A DNA stretch of 32,000 nucleotides, taken from the NCBI RefSeq assembly GCF_000010065.1, contig NC_006576.1, forward strand, positions 720,001 through 752,000, in the 5' to 3' direction. The notes beneath the pieces are model-generated. The model saw only the letters and a program-made list of their open reading frames with translations, was not told where the DNA came from and did no database searches. This DNA is from Synechococcus elongatus PCC 6301. GTDB taxonomy: Bacteria > Cyanobacteriota > Cyanobacteriia > Synechococcales > Synechococcaceae. A program made the position numbers and the translations under genes. How positions within the stretch are numbered: position 1 is the first letter of the stretch; the number at the start of each line of letters is the position of its first letter. Of this stretch, positions 1-11,768 are shown in pieces.

Positions 1-3000
1 GATCAAAGCGGACGCCTGCTTCTGGTCGAACGATGATTTCACCACCGTTCATGCCTTTGCCGACGTAGTCATTGGCTTCGCCCACGAGGTTGAGGCTTAC
101 GCCGCTGATATTGAAAGCGCCAAAGCTCTGGCCAGCACTGCCGTTGAAGTTCAGGCTGATCTGTCCTTCAAAGCCGTAGTTGCCGTAGCGCTGCGCGATC
201 GCACCCGCGAGACGAGCCCCAACAGAACGATCCGTGTTGACGATCGCTTGCTCGATCGCAACAGAATCTTGATTGGCGATCGCGGCGGTGAGGGCTGGGT
301 TGGCAAGCAACTGGTCGTCCAGCACTGGGCCATTGTCATGAACTTCGTCATGAACCAGCCAGCTGCGATCGGAGCGCGTATCGGGCAGCTTGATCAGGCA
401 GTCGAGATTCAGAGCCGCCGTCTTGGTCAGCTTCAGATCAGGACGTGGCGCTAGTAGATCGGTGCGACCAGTGAGTTCCGTCAGGCTGCGATAGCCCAAC
501 TTCGCCAAGATGCTGCGCACTTCTTCGGCAATCAGGATGAAGAAGTTGACGACATGCTCTGGAATGCCAGTGAAGCGCTTGCGCAGTTGCTCTTGCTGCG
601 TTGCGACACCGACAGGGCAGTTATTGGTGTGGCAGACCCGTGCCATGATGCAGCCTTCCGCAATCATTGCGATCGAGCCAAAACCAAACTCTTCTGCACC
701 CATCAGCGCCGCCATGACGACGTCCCAACCAGTCTTGAGGCCGCCATCGACCCGCAGCAACACCCGCTGCCGCAGCTGATTTTCCATCAGGACGCGATGC
801 ACTTCGGTCAGGCCCAGCTCCCAAGGCCCGCCAGCATGCTTGATCGAGCTCAGCGGTGAGGCACCGGTACCGCCGTCATGGCCCGAAACTTGGATGATGT
901 CAGCATTCGCTTTAGCTACCCCAGCGGCCACGGTTCCGATCCCGATTTCCGCCACCAGCTTGACCGAGACTTGTGCCTTGGGATTGATCTGATGCAGGTC
1001 AAAGATCAGCTGAGCCAAATCTTCGATCGAGTAAATGTCGTGGTGAGGCGGTGGTGAAATTAGCAAGACACCCGCCTTCGAGTTGCGCAGGAAAGCAATG
1101 TAGGGGCTGACTTTCTTGCCCGGAAGTTGTCCCCCTTCACCCGGCTTCGCCCCCTGCGAGACCTTGATCTCGAGCTGATCAGCACTCATCAAGTACTCGG
1201 GCGTGACGCCAAAGCGACCCGAAGCAATTTGCTTGATGGCCGAGCTAGCAGTGTCGCCATTGCGCAGACCATGCAGGTGCGGCAGGGTTGGGGAGTTCCC
1301 TTCTGCGTCAACATCGCCCAGAACTTTGTAGCGAACGGGGTCTTCGCCACCTTCACCGGAGTTGGACTTACCGCCCAGCCGGTTCATGGCGATCGCGAGG
1401 GTTTCGTGGGCTTCCCGCGATAGTGCCCCCAGCGACATCCCACCAGTGCAGAAACGCTGCACGATCGCTTCTACCGATTCCACCTCATCCAGTGAGATGG
1501 CCGGGCGATCGCTGACGAATTGCAGCAAGTCCCGCAACGCTGTGACCGGCCGCTCTTCCAGGTACTTGCGATAGACCTCAAAGTGGTCGTAGTTTTTGCC
1601 TGCTACCACGGCCTTGTGCAGGGCTTTCGACATCTCGGGGCTGTTCATGTGGTACTCACCACCGGGGCGGTACTGCACGAAGCCAAAGTTCTCGAGTTTC
1701 TTCTGGTTCAACTCGGGGAAGGCACGGGTATGGAAGCTCATCACCTCGTGGGCGATGTCAGCCAAGGTCAGACCACCCAACCGCGAAGTCGTGCCGCGGA
1801 ACGCGAGGTCGACTACTTCCATGCTCAGACCAATTGCTTCAAAGATCTGCGCACCGTGATAGCTGGGTAGCAGCGAAATCCCCATCTTGGACAGGATTTT
1901 CAGCAGCCCTGCTTCGACAGCCTTACGGAAGTTTTGCTGAGCCCCTGCCAAGCTGACTTGAGCAATCTTGCCGCGCTCCATCAAGCTTTGAGTCTTAGGC
2001 GCATGCCACCAGTGGCGCACAGTTTCCAAAGCCAGCCATGGACAGACGGCACTGGCGCCATAGCCAATCAGGCAAGCGAAGTGGTGCGTGCTCCAACATT
2101 GGGCGGTATCGACCACCAAGGAGGCTTTCATGCGCAGCCCTTGGCGAATCAGATGATGGTGGACAGCCCCCACGGCCAGCAGCGGCGGAATATAGCTGAT
2201 CTGCGGCGCGAGGCCCGCCCCTGTGCGATCGCTGAGGATCAGAATCTGATGACCAGCCTGGACGGCTTGCTCAGCCTGCTGACAAAGGGCTGCGATCGCC
2301 GCTTGCAGACCATCCGGGCCTTGCTCGATCGCGTAGAGAGTCGAGAGTTCAGCCGCCTTGAGGGTTGACTGCTTGACTTGCTCTAGCTCCGCTTCATTCA
2401 AGACTGGCGAGTCTAGCTTCAGCAGCCGTGCCGACTCAGGCCCGACCTGCAGCAGGTTGTCGCGGGCCCCGAGGGTCATGCTCAGGGACATGACCAAACT
2501 TTCCCGTAGTGGGTCGATCGCGGGGTTGGTGACCTGGGCGAAGCGCTGCTTGAAGTAGTCGTAGAGCAGACGCGCTTTGCTGGACAGGACAGCCAGGGGA
2601 ATGTCATCACCCATGCAAAAGGTCGGCTCTTTGCCGTCGCTGGCCATGGCCTCAATCACCATGTCCACGTCTTCAGCGGTGTAGCCAAAGCCGGTCTGGA
2701 GGCGGAGCAGATCAAAGTCGCCGAGTTGCTGCTCGTTCCCGAAGTCTTTGTTCTCCAAAACCTGCCGCTCTTGCAGCCATTGACCGTAGGGCTGTTGGCT
2801 AGCAATCCGCTTCTTGATGTCCCAGTTTTTGATGACCTCTTTGGTTTCGAGATCGACTTCAATCATCTGGCCCGGACCAAGACGGCCTTTTTCGATGATC
2901 GTTTCAACGGGTAGGTCAACAACACCGGCTTCTGAGGCGAAGACAATGTAACCATCAGCGGTGATGCTGTAGCGGGCGGGACGGAGACCATTGCGATCGA

Positions 3001-4117
3001 GGCAAGCTCCAACCTTTTTGCCATCGCTGAACACCAACAACGCCGGACCATCCCAGGGCTCTTGCAAACCGCTATAGAACTCGTAGAAGTCGACGATTTC
3101 CGGATGATCGGCCAAGGCTGGCTGATTCTGGTAGGCTTCTGGCACCATCACCATCAGCGCTTCCTGTGGGGTCCGGCCCGAGTTGACCAACAGCTCTAGG
3201 GCGTTGTCGAGGTTGGCGGAGTCACTCCGGTTGAGGTCAACCACTGGCAGCAGATCGCCAATGCGATCGCCCCAGGCAGGGTGTTGGAGATCGGCTTGCC
3301 GCGCCATCATCCAGTTGATGTTGCCCAGCAGCGTATTGATTTCACCGTTGTGTCCCAGGAAGCGCATCGGCTGCGCCAAGGGCCACTTGGGCATGGTGTT
3401 AGTACTGAAGCGGCGGTGGTAAACACCAAAGTTGCTGGTGTATGCCGGATTAGTCAGGTCGGTGTAGAGCTGACCGAGCACTTCCGATCGCACCATGCCT
3501 TTGTAGACAACAGTGCGGCTGGAAAGCGAGCAAATGTAAAAATCTTCGCTAGCAGTGCCAAGGGCCTTTTTGACTGCAGTTTCTACCCGTTTGCGTACGA
3601 GGTAGAGCTGCCGCTCGAACTCATCGTCCCGTAGCTGTTCGCTGGCAATAAAGCACTGCTCAATTCGGGGCAGGTTTGCCCGTGCCTGTTGGCCCAAAAC
3701 CTCGGGGCGGGTGGGGACCAAGCGCCAGCCCAAGAACTGCAGGTTTTCCTCAGCAACAATTTGCTCAATCAGCTGCCGGGCGATCGTGGCTTCAGCGCCA
3801 TGTTGGGGCAGAAAAACCATCCCCAAGCCAACGCTCGACAGGTCAGCCGGAGCCGCAGCACCAAGCCAAGTTTTCAGCAGATCAGTCGGGATCGCTGTCA
3901 TCAAGCCAGCGCCATCGCCGGAATCAGAGTCAGCACTACAGCCGCCACGGTGCTCCATACAGCCCAAGGCTCGCAAGGACTTCTCAACCAAGTCGTGGCT
4001 GGCACGACCTTGTTGATCGGCCACAAAACCGACACCGCAGGCATCACGCTCTTCGACAAGCCAGCGTGGGCCTTGGTAGGTAGGGTGAGAAGACGAATGA
4101 ACAGAATGCTGATTCAT
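1..4117 (-). CDS. gltB: Glutamate synthase large subunit (probably ferredoxin-dependent), 3' end truncated by the left window edge
   Basis: Reverse-strand frame open from ATG at 4117 ([37 protein letters not shown]...) with the N-terminal nucleophile Cys context ACGVGF. The same frame at the left edge reads [20 protein letters not shown], typical of the glutamate synthase GXGXG domain. Absent from the supplied ORF track because its stop lies outside the window. Confidence 0.95.
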   Translation of the reverse strand, partial: MNQHSVHSSSHPTYQGPRWLVEERDACGVGFVADQQGRASHDLVEKSLRALGCMEHRGGCSADSDSGDGAGLMTAIPTDLLKTWLGAAAPADLSSVGLGMVFLPQHGAEATIARQLIEQIVAEENLQFLGWRLVPTRPEVLGQQARANLPRIEQCFIASEQLRDDEFERQLYLVRKRVETAVKKALGTASEDFYICSLSSRTVVYKGMVRSEVLGQLYTDLTNPAYTSNFGVYHRRFSTNTMPKWPLAQPMRFLGHNGEINTLLGNINWMMARQADLQHPAWGDRIGDLLPVVDLNRSDSANLDNALELLVNSGRTPQEALMVMVPEAYQNQPALADHPEIVDFYEFYSGLQEPWDGPALLVFSDGKKVGACLDRNGLRPARYSITADGYIVFASEAGVVDLPVETIIEKGRLGPGQMIEVDLETKEVIKNWDIKKRIASQQPYGQWLQERQVLENKDFGNEQQLGDFDLLRLQTGFGYTAEDVDMVIEAMASDGKEPTFCMGDDIPLAVLSSKARLLYDYFKQRFAQVTNPAIDPLRESLVMSLSMTLGARDNLLQVGPESARLLKLDSPVLNEAELEQVKQSTLKAAELSTLYAIEQGPDGLQAAIAALCQQAEQAVQAGHQILILSDRTGAGLAPQISYIPPLLAVGAVHHHLIRQGLRMKASLVVDTAQCWSTHHFACLIGYGASAVCPWLALETVRHWWHAPKTQSLMERGKIAQVSLAGAQQNFRKAVEAGLLKILSKMGISLLPSYHGAQIFEAIGLSMEVVDLAFRGTTSRLGGLTLADIAHEVMSFHTRAFPELNQKKLENFGFVQYRPGGEYHMNSPEMSKALHKAVVAGKNYDHFEVYRKYLEERPVTALRDLLQFVSDRPAISLDEVESVEAIVQRFCTGGMSLGALSREAHETLAIAMNRLGGKSNSGEGGEDPVRYKVLGDVDAEGNSPTLPHLHGLRNGDTASSAIKQIASGRFGVTPEYLMSADQLEIKVSQGAKPGEGGQLPGKKVSPYIAFLRNSKAGVLLISPPPHHDIYSIEDLAQLIFDLHQINPKAQVSVKLVAEIGIGTVAAGVAKANADIIQVSGHDGGTGASPLSSIKHAGGPWELGLTEVHRVLMENQLRQRVLLRVDGGLKTGWDVVMAALMGAEEFGFGSIAMIAEGCIMARVCHTNNCPVGVATQQEQLRKRFTGIPEHVVNFFILIAEEVRSILAKLGYRSLTELTGRTDLLAPRPDLKLTKTAALNLDCLIKLPDTRSDRSWLVHDEVHDNGPVLDDQLLANPALTAAIANQDSVAIEQAIVNTDRSVGARLAGAIAQRYGNYGFEGQISLNFNGSAGQSFGAFNISGVSLNLVGEANDYVGKGMNGGEIIVRPEAGVRFD

Positions 4118-4299
4118 GCTGCGATAACCGGCCAATGGAGAAAGCAGGGGAAAGGCATGGACCCTGAGCAGCGATCGCCGGAATCGAGGCGACAAACTGA
4201 CCCCATAGTTCTGCCCAATTACTTGGTTGGAACAAAGATGAGGTCAGTGTGAGCGCAATCGTTTCGAACAGATCTGGAATTGCTGGGAATGTACTGCAC

Positions 4300-4305
4300 A
4301 TTATA
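4300..4305 (-). promoter_or_regulatory. Possible -10 box (TATAAT on minus strand) for the glutamate synthase gene
   Basis: attata at 4300-4305 reads TATAAT on the minus strand, about 180 nt upstream of the 4117 start. No convincing -35 was found. Confidence 0.3.
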
Positions 4306-4411
4306 AGGAATCGTTTAGGGCCCTCTCACGATTTCTCTGGAACTCCTGAGGTTGCGGTAGGGTCGCTAAACACAGCGGCACTGTGTTGCAAGGCCCCGTA
4401 GGGATGGACTG

Positions 4412-6229
4412 ATGAAACCTGCGCTGAGACGTGGATTGGTCTGGATTGGTTGCACCGCCAGTAGTTGGGGTGGGCTTGTTCTTCCGTCAGCTTGGAGCCC
4501 TGCAGCGATCGCCCAGACACGAGCTCCCACCAATCAAACCGGGATGCAACTCCAGATCAATGGTCGGGCGATCGCCGGCCAGTGGGTCGTAGAACCAGCT
4601 TCCCAGGGCAGCTTTATCTGGATTGAAGAAGTTGCGCTGCGCAACGGCCTTGGCTTGGAACTATTACCGGGCTTGAGTACCACTCGCCAAGCGATCCGCT
4701 GGTTCTCGGATGGACGTGTGGCTGAAGGGGTGGAGCAAGTGCCCGCCCGTCGTCAAAATGGTCGGCGTTTCTTAGAAGTGTCATCGCTGGCGCGTCGCAG
4801 TGGTTGGTCCCTGGCAGTACTGGCAGACCAACTGGTGATTCAACTGCCGGCGGCGACGCTCCGGAATCTCAGGGATGGCCAACAGGGAGCTAACCGCCGC
4901 CTCGTCTTGGATTTCGATCGCCCAACCCCATGGGAGTGGGATGCAATCGGCCAACAGCTCCGCTTTGATGGTTCAGTTCCTGCTCAGTTGGTGCCCAGTT
5001 TGCAGCGCTACGGCATTCAGGCAGAGCAACAGGGCGATCGCACGAGCCTACGATTACCGGCTGGTCTGGGGGTCCGCGTCTCGAGCTTGGGATCGCCTGA
5101 TCGCATCTTTATCGACCTGCCAACTACCACCGGCCTCCTCAGCCCGCCCGCTGGTCTGGGGAGTAATCCCGCCCCCTTGACTCCCGCCCCACCTGACCTA
5201 GCGGGTACGCAACTGCAGCAGCGTCAAGTCACTGTTGACGGCGCGACCTTCCCCGTCTTTGTGATTCAGTTGGACCTGCGCCAACCTAATGTTCGTCTCG
5301 CACCGATTTGGGCAGGCAATGGCTCACTGGAGGGCACACAGGTTTTGCAAGCTGTGGCTCGCGATCGCGGGGCTGCGATCGCCATCAATGCGGGCTTTTT
5401 CAACCGCAATAATCGTCTGCCACTCGGGGCGATTCGCCGTGACAACATCTGGTATTCCGGTCCGATCCTCAACCGTGGGGCCATGGCTTGGAATGATCAG
5501 GGCGAAGTGCTGATTGACCGGCTCGGTCTGCAAGAGACCCTGCAACTCAGCTCTGGCACTCGCATTCCCCTCGTGGCGCTCAATAGTGGCTACGTTCGCG
5601 CTGGAGCCGCTCGCTACACCGAGGCTTGGGGCAACAGCTACCAGACAATCCTCGACAACGAAGTAGTGGTGACAGTCCAGGGCGATCGCGTGGTCTCCCA
5701 GTCCCAAGCGGACAAGGCTGGCAGCAATCGCTTTACGATTCCCCGCAATGGCTACCTGATCGTCTTGCGATCGGCCAATAGCCTGCGCACTTCTCTGGTG
5801 AACGGCACGACAATTCAAGTCCTACAGCAAGCGCAACCCAGCCAGTTCGATCGCTTCCCCCATGCTCTAGGAGGAGGGCCACTCCTCGTCAAATCAGGGC
5901 GAGTGGTCGTCAATCCCCAAGCCGAAGGATTTAGCCGAGCCTTTGAGATCGAAGCAGCTCCGCGCAGTGCGATCGGTCTGATGCCGGATGGCCGCTTGGT
6001 TCTAGTGGCTGCCCACGAGCAAAACCAAGGCCAAGGCCCCACCCTGCCTCAAATGGCTGCGATTATGCAGCAGCTCGGCGTCGTTGATGCCCTCAACTTT
6101 GATGGCGGCAGCTCCACTTCTCTAATCGTCAATGGTCAGCTCGTCAATCGGGCTCGAGGCAGTGCTGCCCGGGTTCACAACGGGCTCGGGGTCTTCCTGG
6201 GGCCGACTACGCCGGCCAGTCTGCGATGA
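4412..6229 (+). CDS. Phosphodiester glycosidase (NAGPA/DUF2233-like) family protein with signal-peptide-like N-terminus
   Basis: 605 aa ORF with N-terminal hydrophobic segment ending ...AAIAQ. C-terminal half contains GNGSLEGTQVLQAVARDRGAAIAINAGFFNRNN...PLGAI and LPQMAAIMQQLGVVDALNFDGGSSTSLIVNG...RGSAARVHNGLGVF, the characteristic family motifs. Confidence 0.85.
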   Translation: MKPALRRGLVWIGCTASSWGGLVLPSAWSPAAIAQTRAPTNQTGMQLQINGRAIAGQWVVEPASQGSFIWIEEVALRNGLGLELLPGLSTTRQAIRWFSDGRVAEGVEQVPARRQNGRRFLEVSSLARRSGWSLAVLADQLVIQLPAATLRNLRDGQQGANRRLVLDFDRPTPWEWDAIGQQLRFDGSVPAQLVPSLQRYGIQAEQQGDRTSLRLPAGLGVRVSSLGSPDRIFIDLPTTTGLLSPPAGLGSNPAPLTPAPPDLAGTQLQQRQVTVDGATFPVFVIQLDLRQPNVRLAPIWAGNGSLEGTQVLQAVARDRGAAIAINAGFFNRNNRLPLGAIRRDNIWYSGPILNRGAMAWNDQGEVLIDRLGLQETLQLSSGTRIPLVALNSGYVRAGAARYTEAWGNSYQTILDNEVVVTVQGDRVVSQSQADKAGSNRFTIPRNGYLIVLRSANSLRTSLVNGTTIQVLQQAQPSQFDRFPHALGGGPLLVKSGRVVVNPQAEGFSRAFEIEAAPRSAIGLMPDGRLVLVAAHEQNQGQGPTLPQMAAIMQQLGVVDALNFDGGSSTSLIVNGQLVNRARGSAARVHNGLGVFLGPTTPASLR

Positions 6230-6585
6230 AGGTTGGCGATCGCGATCAACGGCCTTGGGGACAGTTCGAAATTCTTGCCCAAGGCTCTGGCTATCAGGTC
6301 AAGCGTTTGGAGGTGCTGCCAGGGCAGCAGTTGAGCCTACAGCGTCACCAGCAGCGGCAGGAACATTGGCTAGTCGTGCAAGGGCTGGCACGGGTGCAAC
6401 TGGGCGATCGCCAGTTTTCTCTGCGCGTAGGGCAATCGCTCGATATCGCGATCGGGGAATGGCATCGCCTGCAAAATCCGGGGGACGAGCTTTTAGCCCT
6501 GATTGAGGTGCAAATGGGGGCCTATCTCGGCGAAGATGACATTGAGCGCCGCGCCGATGACTACGGACGCTGCCCAACGTCGTGA
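6226..6585 (+). CDS. Cupin-domain protein resembling the C-terminal domain of type II mannose-6-phosphate isomerase
   Basis: 119 aa: RPWGQFEILAQGSGYQVKRLEVLPGQQLSLQRHQQRQEHWLVVQGLARV...; overlaps the upstream gene by the ATGA tetranucleotide. Confidence 0.8.
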   Translation: MKVGDRDQRPWGQFEILAQGSGYQVKRLEVLPGQQLSLQRHQQRQEHWLVVQGLARVQLGDRQFSLRVGQSLDIAIGEWHRLQNPGDELLALIEVQMGAYLGEDDIERRADDYGRCPTS

Positions 6586-6664
6586 TAATGGCTGTGGACC
6601 CAGTCTGTTGGCCGCTCGTTCCAGAGAGGCTACCTGGGGCGATCGCCTTCTCTTCAGCTGTAGC

Positions 6665-6694
6665 TTGACCAAGTGCATCAACCCTCGGTAAAGT
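6665..6694 (+). promoter_or_regulatory. Candidate sigma70-type promoter upstream of rpsL
   Basis: TTGACC (6665-6670), 18-nt spacer, TAAAGT (6689-6694), about 45 nt before the rpsL start. Confidence 0.35.
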
Positions 6695-6740
6695 AAGAGA
6701 TTGTTGTCTTTTCCAAGAGCAGCCGAACCGGCTTTCTGAA

Positions 6741-7115
6741 ATGCCTACAATCCAGCAGCTGATTCGCGACGAACGCGAAAAAATTACCAAGAAGACAAAA
6801 TCTCCCGCGCTGAAAAACTGCCCGCAGCGGCGTGGCGTTTGCACTCGCGTCTACACCACGACCCCGAAAAAGCCCAACTCGGCCTTGCGGAAAGTGGCAC
6901 GGGTTCGCTTGACCTCAGGTTTTGAAGTCACTGCCTATATCCCTGGCATTGGTCACAACCTGCAAGAGCACTCGGTTGTGATGATTCGCGGCGGTCGGGT
7001 CAAAGACCTACCCGGTGTGCGCTATCACATCATCCGCGGCACCCTTGATACCGCCGGTGTCAAAGACCGTCGCCAAAGCCGTTCCAAATACGGCGCGAAG
7101 CGTCCGAAGGCCTAG
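6741..7115 (+). CDS. rpsL: 30S ribosomal protein S12
   Basis: 124 aa [57 protein letters not shown]...; classic S12. Confidence 0.99.
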   Translation: MPTIQQLIRDEREKITKKTKSPALKNCPQRRGVCTRVYTTTPKKPNSALRKVARVRLTSGFEVTAYIPGIGHNLQEHSVVMIRGGRVKDLPGVRYHIIRGTLDTAGVKDRRQSRSKYGAKRPKA

Positions 7116-7282
7116 GTCCCTGGGTGAGCCTTGTCTGCGTTGATCGTGGCAACGTCAACACTGCAAGCTGCTGGGCAGTTGACCTTGCTCGTTCCAGATG
7201 TGATTAACTCTCACCCCTGCGATCGCCCCTTTTTCGCTTCCTCTTTGCGTTGTAGCCCTTGCAAGACTTCTGAGATTCACTG

Positions 7283-7753
7283 ATGTCCCGTCGTACCTCT
7301 GCTCAAAAGCGTTCGGTTAACCCGGATCCAAAATTCAACAGCCGCTTGGCCTCCATGATGGTGGCTCGCCTGATGGACTCGGGCAAAAAGTCCCTGGCTT
7401 TCCGCATCCTCTACTCAGCCTTCGATCTGATCCAAGAGCGGACCGGAAACGACCCCTTGGAACTCTTCGAACAAGCCGTGCGCAATGCCACCCCCTTGGT
7501 GGAAGTGCGAGCTCGTCGGGTAGGTGGTGCAACCTACCAAGTCCCGATGGAAGTTCGCTCGGAGCGCGGTACCGCCATGGCCCTGCGCTGGTTGGTTCAG
7601 TATTCCCGTCAGCGCCCTGGCAAGTCCATGGCCATCAAGCTGGCAAACGAGCTGATGGATGCAGCCAACGAAACCGGAAGTTCAGTGCGTAAACGCGAAG
7701 AAACCCACAAAATGGCCGAAGCGAACAAGGCTTTTGCCCACTACCGCTACTAG
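7283..7753 (+). CDS. rpsG: 30S ribosomal protein S7
   Basis: 156 aa [42 protein letters not shown]...; classic S7 in str operon order. Confidence 0.99.
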
Positions 7754-7827
7754 TTCTAGCGACTACAAATCCCGTTACAATATTTAATACGTTCGATTTA
7801 GCGATCGACGCTTTCAAGGAGGTTCCA

Positions 7828-9912
7828 GTGGCACGTTCCGTTCCGCTCGAAAAGGTTAGAAATATCGGTATTGCTGCCCACATTGATGCGGGCAAAACCA
7901 CGACGACGGAGCGCATCCTGTTTTATTCAGGCGTCGTCCACAAAATCGGTGAAGTTCATGACGGTAACGCTGTTACCGACTGGATGGAGCAAGAGCGGGA
8001 GCGGGGTATCACGATCACCGCTGCTGCAATCAGCACCAGCTGGAAAGACTATCGCGTCAACATCATTGACACCCCCGGCCACGTGGACTTCACGATTGAA
8101 GTCGAACGTTCGATGCGGGTTCTCGACGGTGTTGTAGCTGTCTTCTGCTCGGTGGGTGGTGTACAGCCCCAGTCAGAAACCGTCTGGCGTCAAGCCGATC
8201 GCTACAGCGTGCCTCGGATCGTATTCGTCAACAAGATGGATCGTACTGGGGCTGACTTCTTCAAGGTCTATGGCCAAATCCGCGATCGCGTGAGAGCCAA
8301 CGCCGTTCCGATTCAAATTCCCATTGGTGCTGAGAGCGATTTCCAAGGCATTGTTGACCTTGTCGAAATGAAGGCTCACATCTATACCAACGATTTAGGT
8401 ACCGACATTTTAGTCACCGATATTCCCGCAGAACTGCAGGAAACGGCTGCTGAATGGCGCTCCAAAATGGTTGAAGCCGTCGCTGAAACGGATGAAGCGC
8501 TGCTCGACAAATACTTCGAAGATGGCGACCTCAGCATTGAGGACATCAAAGCCGGTCTGCGCAAGGGCGTGTTGATCCAAGGCAACGATCGCTTGGTGCC
8601 AATGCTCTGCGGTTCAGCTTTCAAAAACAAAGGGGTTCAGCTGTTGCTGGATGCGGTGGTTGAACTGCTGCCTTCGCCTCAAGACATTCCGCCGATTCAA
8701 GGCACACTGCCAGATGGCGAAGTTGCTCTGCGTCCTTCTAGCGACGAAGCACCTTTCTCCGCTTTGGCCTTCAAGATCATGGCCGATCCCTACGGCCGCT
8801 TGACCTTTGTGCGGGTCTACTCTGGCATCCTGCAAAAAGGTAGCTACGTCTACAACGCCACCAAAGGGAAGAAAGAACGGGTTTCCCGTCTGATCATCCT
8901 CAAGGCTGATGACCGGATTGAAGTCGACGAGCTGCGTGCTGGCGACCTAGGTGCTGTGCTGGGTCTCAAAGACACCTTCACGGGCGACACCCTCTGCGAT
9001 GATCAAAACCCGATCATCCTTGAGTCTCTGTTCATTCCCGAGCCGGTTATTTCGGTCGCGGTTGAGCCCAAAACCAAGAACGATATGGAAAAACTTTCGA
9101 AGGCGTTGCAAGCGCTTTCGGAAGAAGATCCGACCTTCCGTGTCTCAGTCGACTCTGAGACGAACCAAACGGTCATCGCTGGCATGGGCGAACTCCACCT
9201 CGAAATCTTGGTGGATCGGATGCTGCGGGAGTACAAAGTTGAAGCCAACATCGGTGCTCCTCAGGTTGCCTACCGTGAGACAGTTCGTAAGGCTGTCAAA
9301 GCGGAAGGTAAGTTTGTCCGCCAGAGCGGTGGTAAAGGTCAGTACGGTCACGTTGTGATCGAACTAGAGCCGGCTGAGCCTGGTACTGGTTTCGAGTTTG
9401 TCTCCAAGATCGTCGGCGGTACGGTGCCGAAAGAGTACGTCGGTCCTGCCGAGCAGGGGATGAAAGAAACCTGCGAATCGGGCGTCTTGGCGGGATACCC
9501 GCTCATCGATATCAAGGCCACCTTGGTCGATGGCTCGTATCACGACGTCGACTCGTCTGAGATGGCCTTTAAGATCGCTGGTTCCATGGCGATCAAAGAA
9601 GCCGTTCGGAAAGCCGATCCAGTTCTGCTGGAGCCGGTGATGAAGGTGGAAGTGGAAGTACCGGAAGACTTCCTCGGTTCAGTGATGGGCAACCTGATCT
9701 CCCGCCGAGGTCAAATCGAAGGCCAAGCAACCACCAATGGCACGGCCACTGTTTCGGCCAAAGTGCCCCTGGCCGAGATGTTCGGCTATGCAACTGACCT
9801 GCGGTCGATGACCCAGGGTCGGGGCATCTTCACGATGGAGTTCAGTCAGTACGAGGAAGTTCCCCGTAATGTGGCTGAAACGATCATCGCCAAAAACAAA
9901 GGGAACGCTTAA
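7828..9912 (+). CDS. fusA: Elongation factor G
   Basis: 694 aa, GTG start; G1 motif [34 protein letters not shown]. Preceded by AAGGAGG. Confidence 0.99.
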
Positions 9913-9938
9913 GTAACCTAAAGGAAGACTGAACGCCA

Positions 9939-11168
9939 ATGGCACGCGCTAAGTTTGAACGCACCAAGCCTCACGCAAACATCGGGACCATCGGTCACGT
10001 TGACCACGGTAAAACGACGCTGACGGCAGCTATCACCACTGTGTTGGCGAAAGCTGGCATGGCTAAAGCCCGCGCTTACGCTGATATCGACGCAGCTCCG
10101 GAAGAAAAAGCTCGTGGTATCACGATCAACACGGCTCACGTTGAATACGAAACCGGCAACCGTCACTACGCTCACGTTGACTGTCCCGGTCACGCTGACT
10201 ACGTGAAAAACATGATCACGGGTGCTGCGCAGATGGACGGCGCCATCCTCGTGGTGTCGGCTGCTGACGGCCCCATGCCCCAAACTCGCGAGCACATTCT
10301 GCTGGCGAAACAGGTCGGCGTTCCCAACATCGTCGTTTTCTTGAATAAAGAAGACATGGTTGATGACGCTGAACTGTTGGAATTGGTGGAGTTGGAAGTC
10401 CGTGAGCTGCTGAGCTCCTACGATTTCCCTGGCGATGACATCCCCATCGTGGCTGGTTCGGCTCTGCAAGCCTTGGAAGCCATTCAAGGTGGCGCTTCGG
10501 GTCAGAAAGGTGACAACCCTTGGGTTGACAAAATCCTGAAGCTGATGGAAGAAGTCGACGCCTACATCCCCACTCCTGAGCGGGAAGTCGATCGCCCCTT
10601 CCTGATGGCGGTGGAAGACGTCTTCACGATTACCGGTCGTGGCACGGTGGCGACTGGCCGGATCGAGCGTGGCAGCGTCAAGGTTGGCGAAACGATCGAA
10701 ATCGTTGGTTTGCGTGACACCCGCAGCACCACCGTTACCGGTGTGGAAATGTTCCAGAAGACCCTCGACGAAGGTCTGGCTGGCGACAACGTCGGTCTGC
10801 TGCTCCGCGGTATCCAAAAAACCGATATCGAGCGCGGTATGGTCTTGGCCAAACCCGGTTCGATTACGCCTCACACCAAGTTTGAGTCTGAGGTCTACGT
10901 GCTCAAGAAAGAAGAAGGGGGTCGTCACACTCCGTTCTTCCCGGGCTATCGTCCTCAGTTCTACGTGCGGACAACCGACGTGACCGGCGCGATCTCGGAC
11001 TTCACCGCTGACGACGGTTCGGCAGCTGAAATGGTGATCCCGGGCGATCGCATCAAGATGACGGTTGAACTGATCAACCCGATCGCAATTGAGCAAGGCA
11101 TGCGCTTTGCAATCCGTGAAGGCGGCCGCACCATCGGTGCTGGTGTCGTTTCCAAAATCCTCCAGTAG
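9939..11168 (+). CDS. tufA: Elongation factor Tu
   Basis: 409 aa [38 protein letters not shown]...[42 protein letters not shown]. Confidence 0.99.
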   Translation: MARAKFERTKPHANIGTIGHVDHGKTTLTAAITTVLAKAGMAKARAYADIDAAPEEKARGITINTAHVEYETGNRHYAHVDCPGHADYVKNMITGAAQMDGAILVVSAADGPMPQTREHILLAKQVGVPNIVVFLNKEDMVDDAELLELVELEVRELLSSYDFPGDDIPIVAGSALQALEAIQGGASGQKGDNPWVDKILKLMEEVDAYIPTPEREVDRPFLMAVEDVFTITGRGTVATGRIERGSVKVGETIEIVGLRDTRSTTVTGVEMFQKTLDEGLAGDNVGLLLRGIQKTDIERGMVLAKPGSITPHTKFESEVYVLKKEEGGRHTPFFPGYRPQFYVRTTDVTGAISDFTADDGSAAEMVIPGDRIKMTVELINPIAIEQGMRFAIREGGRTIGAGVVSKILQ

Positions 11169-11184
11169 GATTTAACCCCCTAAG

Positions 11185-11220
11185 GAGTCGGTGGTGAGTC
11201 ATCACCGACTCTGTCTTTTT
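11185..11220 (+). terminator. Hairpin plus T-tract between tufA and rpsJ (terminator or attenuator)
   Basis: gagtcggtggtg-agt-catcaccgactc: 12 pairs including one G-U, 3-nt loop, then tgtcttttt. Confidence 0.65.
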
Positions 11221-11241
11221 GAACCTTGATAATTAACTCCC

Positions 11242-11559
11242 ATGGCTACCCTGCAGCAGCAGAAAATTCGGATTCGTCTCAAGGCCTTTGACCGTCGACT
11301 GCTGGACACCTCCTGTGATCGCATTGTCGAAACCGCCAACCGCACCAACGCCACCGCGATCGGCCCGATTCCGTTGCCGACTCGTCGTCGCATCTATTGC
11401 GTGTTGCGATCGCCCCACGTTGACAAAGACTCGCGTGAGCACTTTGAAACGCGGACGCACCGTCGGATCATCGACATCTACCAGCCGTCCTCGAAAACGA
11501 TCGATGCGTTGATGAAGCTCGATCTGCCTGCTGGGGTAGACATCGAAGTTAAGCTCTAG
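11242..11559 (+). CDS. rpsJ: 30S ribosomal protein S10
   Basis: 105 aa [105 protein letters not shown]. Confidence 0.99.
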   Translation: MATLQQQKIRIRLKAFDRRLLDTSCDRIVETANRTNATAIGPIPLPTRRRIYCVLRSPHVDKDSREHFETRTHRRIIDIYQPSSKTIDALMKLDLPAGVDIEVKL

Positions 11560-11570
11560 TCATCACTGGA

Positions 11571-11608
11571 AACAAGAAGCGGGAAGGAACTCCCGCTTCT
11601 TGTTTTTT
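11571..11608 (+). terminator. Rho-independent-type terminator at the end of the str cluster
   Basis: Perfect 14-bp stem aacaagaagcggga / tcccgcttcttgtt, loop aggaac, followed immediately by TTTT. Confidence 0.9.
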
Positions 11609-11768
11609 AGCCAATCTTCGAATCATGATTGCCTTGGTATCGTCCCCAACATTGATCAGGTAAAGTTAAGTAACAAGTTTCTGAGACTCGTTCCCACGGC
11701 AATCTTTAGGTTGTTCTCGGGAGTCGTAATCGTCTCACACCATTCCTTTAGACGGCGCGATAAGCCTC

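Noticed and set aside
5324-5818. 164-aa minus-strand ORF within the phosphodiester glycosidase gene
   Set aside because: Antisense shadow of a well-supported gene with recognisable family motifs.
6299-6844. 181-aa minus-strand ORF opposite the cupin gene and rpsL start
   Set aside because: Antisense to two supported genes; no domain signature.
9918-11096. 392-aa minus-strand ORF opposite tufA
   Set aside because: Antisense to the highly expressed EF-Tu gene; open only because of codon bias in tufA. No recognisable domain.
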